NCBI RefSeq assembly: GCF_006345805.1
Contig: NW_021824527.1
Location: 1-18,434 of the forward strand
Direction: 5' to 3'
Length of the DNA: 18,434 nucleotides
Source of the DNA: Octopus sinensis
Taxonomy: Eukaryota
A program made the translations under genes and the position numbers. Positions 9,507 to 17,870 of the stretch are shown one piece after another. The notes under the pieces were generated by a model. It did not search any database, was not told the DNA's origin, and was given only the letters and a program-made list of their open reading frames with translations. Each line of letters begins with the position of its first letter. Position 1 is the first letter of the stretch.

Positions 9507-10255
9507 ATAGGCTGGCTGAAGTTCAGAGAGCTTCTGGCTTTGTTGGTAACTAAGGGCCTTTCCCTCATATTGAAAGGTAAATTGTATGATGTCTGTGTAT
9601 ATACAGCTATGTTACATGGCAGTGAAACATGGGCCTTGACTACAGAGGACTTACAAAGGCTTGAAAGGAATGAATCTAACATGCTCCACAGGATGGGTAA
9701 TGTCAGTGTGCACACACACATAACAGAGTGTAAAGGATTTAAGAGGAAAACTGGGTACAAGAGGCATCAGATGTGGTGGGCAAGAGAGAAAACTGCACTG
9801 GTTTGGTCATGAGATGTGCGTGGATGAGGACAGCTACGTAATGAAGTGTTAAGTTCTAATTGTGGAGGGAACCTGTGGAAGGGGTAGACACAGGAAGATG
9901 TGAGATGAATTGGTGAGAAAGGATCTTTGGATACTGGGCCTCATTGTGGAAATGAAAAGGGACCAGGAGATGTGGTGATTTGCTGTACATGCTAACACAA
10001 GTCAAGCTAAGTAAAATTGCTGTTTTCTACTTAAAAAGCACACATGATGGTGCTGTGTAAATGTACCTGTGTTTGTGGCATGTAAAGAGCACCCAGTACA
10101 CTCTGTTAAGTGGTTGACATTAGGAAGGGTATCCAGTCATAGAAACCATGCCAAAACAGACAATCGGAGTGTGGACAGCTCCCTGCTAGCCAGCTCCATG
10201 TCAAAACCATCCAACCCTTGCCAGCCTGGAAAGTGGATGTTAAACGATGATGATG

Positions 10256-10329
<74 letters not shown>
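9507..10329 (+). mobile_element. 5'-truncated RTE-clade LINE: post-RT C-terminal region (pseudogenised), 3'UTR and (GAT)n tail
   Basis: GWLKFRELLALLVTKGLSLILKGKLYDVCVYTAMLHGSETWALTTEDLQRLERNE, frameshift, ERKLHWFGHE...VEGTCGRGRHRKM*DELVRKDL...FAVHANTSQAK* (stop at 10012-10014). The GSETW, WFGH and RGRxRKxW motifs are typical of the RTE C-terminus. Confidence 0.9.
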
Positions 10330-10332
10330 ATG

Positions 10333-10485
10333 TCTTTCAGCTTAGTTTACTAAATTGTCTGACAAGGCTTTGGTCAATCTGGGGCTATAGTAGAAGACAC
10401 TTGCCTAAGGTGCAATGCAGTAGGACTGAACCCAAGATCACATGGTCATGAAGCAAGCTTCTCAACCACACATCCAAACCTGCAT
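10333..10485 (-). mobile_element. Family C CORE-like SINE head
   Basis: Minus strand has gggttcagtcc (B box) and gcaccttaggcaagtgtcttctactatagcc (CORE-like). Confidence 0.75.
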
Positions 10486-10574
10486 CTATACAATTCTTTA
10501 AAGTTATTTGAAAGAAAGCAAACACAAGACACAAAGAAGAAAGAAAAAAAAATCCAAAAAAGAATCCTTGTTAC

Positions 10575-10819
10575 CTGCTGATGCAACCAGCAAACATTTC
10601 GTTGTCAATTTGGAAAGGGTACACCATTGTTGTCTTCACACCGGTATATCCAGAACTTTCAGCAATGTAGGACAGAGATTCTGAGAAAGCGGTCAGTGCA
10701 TGTTTGGAACTTGCATAGGCACTGGTTTGGTTGATTCCCATCAATCCCAAACAGGAACCAATCGTGACAATATGTCCATGGCCTCTTTCTTGCATCGATG
10801 GCAAGAAGCTACGTATTGT
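10575..10819 (-). CDS. Internal exon (245 bp, phase 0 to phase 2) of an SDR16C-family short-chain dehydrogenase/reductase (RDH10/SDR16C5/DHRS3-like)
   Basis: Acceptor ttgttattctccttgcag|ACA and donor AGCAG|gtaaca. Translation TIRSFLPSMQERGHGHIVTIGSCLGLMGINQTSAYASSKHALTAFSESLSYIAESSGYTGVKTTMVYPFQIDNEMFAGCIS-R has the catalytic Ser and YxxxK, and resembles RDH10 TTKAFLPxM..HGHIVTVASSLG..YCASK..ESLS..GIKTTLVCPY..MFRGC. The orthologue cannot be fixed from one exon. Confidence 0.92.
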
Positions 10820-10907
10820 CTGCAAGGAGAATAACAATATTTTGTAAATTTTATTAAGAATTATCAGAAGTATTCACAGTATTCTTGAAACATTGAAGAT
10901 GAATTTC

Positions 10908-11380
10908 CTTTTACCATTTACTTGTTTCAGTCACTGGACTGTGGCCATGCTGGAACACTGTTTTCAAAGGTTTTAGATGAACACAATGACCCCAGTTACC
11001 TGTGTAGTTTTGTTTTCTTTTATAAACTCTGGTACTTACTCTATCAGTCTCTTTCTTTTCTACTCTAGGCACAAGGCCCGAAAATTTGGTGGGATGGGGC
11101 CAGTCGATTAGATTGACCCCAATGTGCAACTGGTACTTAATTTGTCGACCCCGAAAGGATAAAAGGCAAAGTTGACTTCTGCAGAATTTGAACTCAGAAC
11201 ATAAAGAGAGATGACATACTGCTATGCATTTTGCCCATCATGCTAACATTTCTGCCAGCTCGCCACCTTCTATCAGTCTTTCTGCTAAACTGTTAAGTTA
11301 CAGGGATGTAAACAAACCATTATTTAGTTGGCAAGTAGTGGAGGGACAGACATGATTCAAGACACAAACACATACATATG
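10908..11380 (-). mobile_element. Family C SINE 3' half, interrupted by a family B SINE
   Basis: Tail at 10908-10955. The body resumes after the nested insertion at 11269 and runs into a (CA)/(TA) tract. Confidence 0.7.
11051..11268 (-). mobile_element. Full-length monomeric family B SINE with an 11-bp target-site duplication
   Basis: tctatcagtct is duplicated at 11040-11050 and 11269-11279. Complete head (aggtggcgagctggcagaaatgttagc) through tail (gtgcctagagtagaaaaga). Confidence 0.9.
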
Positions 11381-11419
11381 TATGTGTGTGTGTGTGTATA
11401 TTATATATATATATATATA

Positions 11420-11771
11420 TATTATATTATATTAAATTAGAGATAAAACCACTATTAGGTAAATCAAACAATGAAAACTTAAGCCAATACATAAAATTAA
11501 TTAATTTATATTATTTTAATATATATCAAAAGTATAAAAGTTTAATACTTTTGATATATATTTAAAATAATATAATTAATACTTTGATAATATTTAAAAT
11601 AATATAAATTAATTAACTTTATGTATTAGCTAAGTTTTTCATTGTTGATTTGCCTAATAGTGGTTTTATCTCTAATTTAATATAATATAATATTTTACTA
11701 TAAAATTGGATTCAATCCTAAATCTGATTTTTCCCTGTAAGTTTGGATTTATTCCCTAATATTTATTATTA

Positions 11772-11774
<3 letters not shown>
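11420..11774 (+). mobile_element. Asymmetric foldback element, copy 1
   Basis: Palindrome 11420-11692 (aattagagataaaaccactattagg.../...cctaatagtggttttatctctaatt), then a one-sided segment 11693-11774 (ttttccctgtaagtttggatttattccctaata). Flanked by (TA)n. Confidence 0.85.
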
Positions 11775-11802
<28 letters not shown>

Positions 11803-11806
<4 letters not shown>

Positions 11807-12062
11807 ATCCAAACAAGAAAGCACAAAAAAAAAAACAACAATGTGAATTACTTTTAATCCAAACATGAAAACACAAAGACAAAACACAACAACGCAAGGA
11901 CGTGGAACAAGTATAGTATTATTGGACGCTCAGGAAAGAAGGGAAGACGGAGGGTTTAACGTTTCGAGCAGAGCTCTTCGTCGGAAACATAGGAGAAGGA
12001 AAGATCCAGAGAAGGGAAGACACAGGAAAAAAAAATCACCAACGGTACACACAGGGTCACAT
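11803..12062 (-). mobile_element. Putative Penelope-like terminal-repeat or retrozyme-like fragment
   Basis: Lies between (TA)n tracts, contains the hammerhead-like motif at 11954-11988, and has a ~40-bp direct duplication (ttaatccaaaca.gaaa.cacaaa) at about 11804 and 11853. No coding evidence. Confidence 0.45.
11954..11988 (-). ncRNA. Minimal type I hammerhead-ribozyme-like motif (U4C core variant)
   Basis: Minus strand reads GUUU CCGACGA A GAGC UCU GCUC GAAA CG UU AAAC: stem I GUUU/AAAC, stem II GAGC/GCUC, GAAA core and a palindromic AACGUU in place of stem III. Confidence 0.5.
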
Positions 12063-12247
12063 TTTATATATATATATGTGGCAGGAAGAAAATGGAGGGG
12101 ATCCAGAGGTAGTATGCATCAACTGTTAGACAATATATTATCTCTATTTATTTATTTTAAACAATTATGAGAATATATATATATGCATATGTAAAGATTG
12201 TGTTTTACATATATAAGTACCAATAATTTCTATATATATACATGCAC

Positions 12248-12606
12248 ATGCCAGCGCCGCCTCGACTGGCTTCTGTGTTGGTGGCACATAAAAAGCACCA
12301 TCGGAACGTGGCCGATGCCAGCGCCGCCGCAACTGGCTTCCGTGCCGGTGGCACGTTAAAAACACCAACCGATCGTGGCTGATGCCAGACTCCCCTGGCA
12401 CCTGTGCCGGTGGCACGTAAAAAGCACCCACTACACTCGCGGAGTGGTTGGCGTTAGGAAGGGCATCCAGTTGTAGAAACACTGGCAGATCAGACTGGAG
12501 CGTGGTGCAGCCCCTGGCTTCTCAGACCCCGGTCAAACCGTCCAACCCGTGCTAGCACGGAAAACGGACGTTAAACGATGATGATGATGATGATGATGAT
12601 GATGAT
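12248..12606 (+). mobile_element. RTE-tail repeat (family A), three ~62-bp units
   Basis: Three ggtggcac cores, the family terminus and a (GAT)n tail of about ten units. Confidence 0.9.
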
Positions 12607-12607
12607 A

Positions 12608-13141
12608 CGGGGTCTGATGAAGAAGTCTTGGAACTGCTGCTAAGGTAACAGAGGTGAAGTACGCAGAATGAAGCTGCTTGGCACAGATTGATCTTGAACT
12701 CTGTCGCTCATACACACAAAGTTATAAGGTTCTTGCTCCCTCCTGTTCCCTGTAGCAGTTCTTGGAAGTAAAGTGTGTGGAGTGTGGTCGTCTCGGAAAG
12801 AAGATTGGGTTTTAGCAATTGCACAGGATCTCTTTGATTATCTCAATGAAGATGAAAACTTTTTGAAAATGATCATGATAAGTGATCAACCGTGGATCTA
12901 TGGCTATGACCCTAAGACCGACGATTTCAAGATTCTGAGGACATCCAAGAGAATGCAATATGGCAACTGCTTGCTATTCCAAGAAACAAGCCCAAAGAAT
13001 GCTTCTGTCAATAGAAACAATGTTGGACAAAGTGTATGGCTTTAGAAGGAGACCACTTTGAAGGAGATTAAATGCTGAATTGATATGTGTTGTAGTTTTC
13101 TTTTTAAAGCACCAGTTCTGATACTTTGGGATCAGACCTTG
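12608..13141 (+). mobile_element. Internally deleted mariner (about 534 bp)
   Basis: Degenerate TIRs TA|cggggtctgatgaagaagtcttggaactg and cagttctgatactttgggatcagaccttg|TA. Remnants DENFLKMIMISDQPWIYGYDPKT (cf. FL..IITGDE.W.Y.YDPET) and the C-terminus KQCWTKCMALEGDHFEGD* (stop at 13069-13071). Confidence 0.8.
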
Positions 13142-13205
13142 TATATATATGTGTGTGTGTGTGTGTATATATATAAATACACACACACACACACACACAC
13201 ACAAA

Positions 13206-13357
13206 TTAAGAGGACTGACCACCAAAGTGGAATCCTAATATGCTAAAGATAGACGTCAAATCACCCTTACCACGAAGAGTGTGTTCTCTTCATGGTAAGG
13301 GTGAATTGACATCTATCTTTTGCATATAGGGTGTCCACTTTTGGTCATTCCTCTTAA
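13206..13357. mobile_element. Fully palindromic MITE with TTAA ends (Kolobok-like)
   Basis: Arms 13203-13279 and 13286-13360 are largely complementary around a 6-nt loop (tgtgtt). Termini read TTAA|GAGG...CCTC|TTAA. Confidence 0.7.
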
Positions 13358-13446
13358 TTTTGCATGTAACACAATTTTTAATCTTGGGATTTTAAATATG
13401 CTAAGCCGCTGGTTTTAATTGATAACATCAATTTCTACCCTTATTA

Positions 13447-13503
<57 letters not shown>

Positions 13504-13509
13504 ATATAT

Positions 13510-13578
13510 ATACAGTAGGAATGAACCTGAAACTGCATGGTTCAAAAGCCAGCTTCCTACCACAAGCCATGCTTACAC
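13510..13578 (-). mobile_element. Degenerate family C SINE head
   Basis: Minus strand gcatggcttgtggtaggaagctggc...caggttcattcc aligns with the 1437 head. Confidence 0.55.
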
Positions 13579-13634
13579 CAAAACAAAAAGGTACACAGTT
13601 TAAATGCTTAAGTTGTTTTTTAAAACCTTGTCTT

Positions 13635-13855
13635 GAGAGTTACTTGGTGACCTTACTGATGCCAGTATTACGTAAAAATTGTGTTCTGTAATGCTATGTA
13701 AAATGGTTGGCATTAGGAAGGGCATTTAGCCACAGAAATTATGCCAGAACAGAGAGAAGAGCTTGGCACAGCCCTAGCTTACCAGTTCTTTGGAAACTGT
13801 TCTACCCATGCCAGCATGGAAAATAGAGGACATCAAATTATGAGAATGATGAGGA
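13635..13855 (+). mobile_element. Old degenerate family A/RTE tail
   Basis: tggttggcattaggaagggcatttagcc and cccatgccagcatggaaaa, with a decayed GAT tail. Confidence 0.7.
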
Positions 13856-14110
13856 TATATATGTGTGTGTAAATGTTGTATATGTATATATATCTGTCTG
13901 TCTGTCTTTCTATACATACATACATACATATATGTATATGCATAGATATATATGCATATATATATATATATTGATATATTATATATATATATGCATATAT
14001 ATATATATATATGATATAATATATATGTAAGTATGTATGTATATCTATCTATCTATCTATCTATCTATATATCTATATATATATTATATATAAATATATA
14101 TATATATATA

Positions 14111-14362
14111 TAAATATTAGGGAATAAATCCAAACTTACAGGAAAAATCAGATTTTATAGTAAATTAGAGACAAAACCACTATTATGCAAATCAAACAAG
14201 AAAGACTTAATCCAATACATAAATTAATTTACAATAATTAGAAATTTAACAATTATTAATATCCACAATAATTGTTAAATTCTAATTAATATAAATTAAT
14301 TTATGTATTGGATTAAGTCTTTCTTTGTTTGATTTGCATAATAGTGTTTTGTCTCTAATTTA

Positions 14363-14370
<8 letters not shown>
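14111..14370 (-). mobile_element. Asymmetric foldback element, copy 2 (opposite orientation)
   Basis: One-sided segment 14111-14160 and palindrome 14161-14362 with loop at 14258-14266. Flanked by (TA)n. Confidence 0.85.
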
Positions 14371-14413
<43 letters not shown>

Positions 14414-14424
14414 ATATATGTACA

Positions 14425-15165
14425 CACAGGGGTTGCACAAAATAATGGAAACACCTTAAAATTTCAAACAAATTTATTTTAATGAGTAGGACCACCTTTG
14501 GCAGTAATTACACCTTGAATTCTATGAGGTATGGACTCGTACAAAGTTTGAATTGTTTCCAGAGGAATTTTTGTCTATTCTTCAGCTAAAACAGTCTCCA
14601 GTTCTTGTAGTGATGATGGTGGAGGATATCAACTCCTTACTTGTTTTTCTAAAATACACCATAAATATTCAATAATATTGAGATCTAGGGACTGTCGTGG
14701 CCAGATAAAATGTTCAACTTCACTAGAATGTTCCTTGTGCCTTTCAGTAACAACTTCAGCTGTGTGAATTGGTGCATTATCATCCTGAAACATTGTGTTT
14801 CCCTGTAGAAACAGTTCTGCAAAAATAGGATGAATTTGATCAGATAAAATGCTTAAATGGTCTTGACTATTAATTCTACCATGAAGGGAAACCATTAGGC
14901 TTTCGGATTTCCAGTTCATCATAGATGCCCACCATATGAGCATCAACAATTTGACCTCTTTGAAAGTCTGATAGATCTGTCATTTTAATGTATTTTAATT
15001 ACCTTTTTCTGATGTCATCTGCAAAGAAATAGTAATTTTAGCAAAACATATTAAGCAACACTAATAATAATCAAAAAACATAAAAAGCTTTTGATGGTTT
15101 TATAGATATTTCACATTATGATGCTATGATGATAGGTGTTTCCATTATTTTGTCCAACCCCTGTG
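14425..15165 (-). mobile_element. Internally deleted Tc1-like element with DD36E spacing
   Basis: TIRs cacaggggttg(c/g)acaaaataatggaaacacct with one mismatch. Transposase remnant about 14479-14940: FQDDNAPIHTAEVVTERHKEHSSEVEHFIWPRQSLDLNIIEYLW...RIQGVITAKGGPTH*, with two in-frame stops. Confidence 0.9.
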
Positions 15166-15307
15166 TATATATATATAAAAATTACCATAAGTACAGAACA
15201 TCACCAACAGGCGAAAAGCACGTAAACAAATGAGAGATAAGTACAGGTCAAAATACCCCAAAATACACAAGATGAATGCCATGCAGCCTTGTCTATAGTA
15301 AGTTCTT

Positions 15308-15383
<76 letters not shown>

Positions 15384-15386
15384 ATA

Positions 15387-15942
15387 TATTATATTAAATT
15401 AGAGATAAAACCACTATTAGGCAAATCAAACAGTGAAAATCATAAACCAATACATAGAAATAAAATTAATTAAAAAATATATAAAAAATATAAAATATAA
15501 AATACAAAAATCCAATTAAAATATTTAAATTAAAAAATAAATAATAAATAAATAAATATAAAAGATAAAAAATAAAAAATAGATAAATAAATATTAAAAT
15601 ATAAATATATAAAAAAATAAATAATTAATAAAATAATAAAAATATATATATATATTTATAATTTATAAGTTTAAATTATTAATTTAAATAATTTTTTAAA
15701 ATTTTAACTTTAATTTGAATATTTTAATTGGATTTTTATATTTTATATTTTATATTTTTTATATATTTTTTTAATTAATTTTATTCTATGTATTGGTTTA
15801 TGATTTTCACTGTTTGATTTGCCTAATAGTGGTTTTATCTCTAATTTAATATTATATATATTTATACTATAAAATTAGATTTATTCCTAAATCTAATTTT
15901 TCCCTGTAAGTTTGGATTTACTCCCTAATATTATTATTATTA
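15387..15942 (+). mobile_element. Asymmetric foldback element, copy 3 (long arms)
   Basis: Palindrome about 15390-15852 (A-rich left, T-rich right). One-sided segment 15853-15942 includes a perfect 13-bp hairpin at 15871-15900. Flanked by (TA)n. Confidence 0.85.
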
Positions 15943-16029
15943 TGTATATATATATATATATAGGAAAGAAGCGAAAAGAGGGAGAGAGAGAGAGAGAGGA
16001 AGTTGGGCATTTGACAACATAATTTCATT

Positions 16030-16140
16030 CAAAGGTCTTTGGTCAATTTGTAGTTATTGGGGATAAAAGACATTGTCCAAGGTGTAAGAGAGTGGGACCA
16101 AATCTAGGAATTATGAAGTCACAGAAATAACTTTTTCTCA
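16030..16140 (-). mobile_element. Highly degenerate family C SINE head
   Basis: aaggtctttggtcaat...aaagacattgtccaaggtg...gtgggaccaaatc aligns with 10365-10440. Confidence 0.5.
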
Positions 16141-16286
16141 AAAATCATCAGCCAGATAAAAATCGTTTTAACATTTACATCTGGGTCTAAAGTACCCAAC
16201 CATTTTTATTTATTTATTTTTTTGAGGGACCTTTGTACAGCTTTCCAAAAATCATAAGAGAAAAATCACTCCTCTATTTCTTTATA

Positions 16287-17592
16287 TTGGGTTGTCCGGA
16301 AAGTTTATGCCGATTTTTAAAGGAAAGAAAATGGCCAATAAATACTTGCCATTACATTTTTAATCAACCAAATATGAACCATTTTGTTGCATAATGAGTT
16401 TCCATCTTTCCTTTAAGTTGAAAATACCCTCTTCCCAGAATTGAGGTTGTTTCATGACAAAGAATTCATCAAGGTATCTTTTTACGTCATCCAAGGAATT
16501 GAAATTTTTACCATTAAGTCTATTCTGCAGAGACCTGAATAAGTGGAAATCCGAAGGAGCAATATCTGGTGAATATGGAAGGTGGGGTAACACATCCCAG
16601 CTGAGCTGCAGCACTTTTTGTCTGGTTCCCAAAGAAACGTGAGGTCTTGCATTATCATGTTGGAAAACAACACCCTTCCTGTTGGCCAATTCTGGATGTT
16701 TCTCTTGAATTGCTGCTTTTAATTCATCCAGTCATGTGCAGTATTTCTCATAATTAATTGTCTGGTTACTTGGGAGAAGCTCATAGTACAGAATTCCTTT
16801 CCAATCCCACCAGGCACAAAGCAAGACTTTTTTAGGGCGAAGATCCATTTTTGAGGTGGTTAAGGGTGGCTCATGTCACTTACTTCAGTATCACTTTCTT
16901 TGAACATTTCGGTAGATAATCCATTTCTCATCACCTGTCACAATTTGCTTTAAAAAAGGCACGTTTTCATTCCGTTTATAAAGCGAATCACAGATGGAAA
17001 TGCGATCCAAAAGGTTCTTCTCACTCAACTCATGTGGTACTCAAACATCGTAGCGATTTGTATACCCAAGCTTTACCAGGTGCTCATGAACAACAGATTT
17101 TGATAGGTTGAGGCTTTCTGCCAATTCCGGGTTGTGCAATGTGGGTTATTCTCAATGACTTGATTTGGTCATCATCTGTAGTGGATGGTCTGCTTAAATC
17201 GCTCTTTATCAATAAAGTTACAATCTCCAGCTTGGAACCTTGCGAACCAATTCCGTACAGTTCTTTCGGATAAAGAAACATCACTGTAAACTGTGTATAT
17301 TTCTTTGGTTGCTAGTGAGGCATTTTTCCCTTTATGGAAAAAGAAAAGCATCAAGAGCCGAAAATGCACTTTCTTATCTTCCATTTTAATTACAGAATTA
17401 CAGAATTAACTTCCATTAATTACAGAATTAACACAGATTGTAGGAACATAAACCTTCTTCCACAAAAAGATAGCTTAAACTGTGCTCTAAATGGAGGTGT
17501 AGTCAAATTCTATTTTATGGACTCAACCATGTTCTAAAATAAGTTGATAGGTAAGCTGCTATAAATCGGCATGGACTTTCCGGACAACCCAA
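16287..17592 (-). mobile_element. Full-length mariner (1306 bp), mellifera-subfamily-like
   Basis: 30-bp TIRs ttgggttgtccggaaagt(tt/cc)atgccgattt match at 28/30. TA target duplication at 16285-16286 and 17593-17594. Confidence 0.95.
16360..17384 (-). pseudogene. DD34D mariner transposase pseudogene
   Basis: MEDKKVHFRLLMLFFFHKGKNAS..., frameshifts near 17200-17130, *VPHEL, IVTGDEKW, HDNARPH..YSPDIAPSDFHLFRSLQ (34 residues between the Asp residues). Five in-frame TGA stops at 17043, 16893, 16887, 16878 and 16734. Confidence 0.93.
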
Positions 17593-17641
17593 TATTTTTA
17601 TACATTAGTCAGATGAAGACAATGGTGATAATTATGGCACC

Positions 17642-17870
17642 CCTCCACCATCACCACCACCATGTGTTGATGCTACCACGCCACCGCTGTCATTGCTATA
17701 GTCATTGCCACCACCACTACCACCACTACTACTACTACTACTTCAATAGCCACCACTCATACCATCACCACCACCACCACCACTACTCCTACTGCTTCAA
17801 CAATAGCCACCGCTCATACTAGTGACACCATCACCACCACTACCACCGCTAATACACCTACTACTACAAT
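17642..17870. repeat. Degenerate (CAC)/(CTA)/(CAT) trinucleotide low-complexity tract
   Basis: Direct reading. It explains the His/Tyr-rich ORF 17571-17822. Confidence 0.85.

Noticed and set aside
16732-17043. Idea that the mariner's TGA stops could be recoded to Trp by A-to-I editing
   Set aside because: Upstream frameshifts would still destroy the ORF, and several stops replace non-Trp residues. Simple transition decay explains them.
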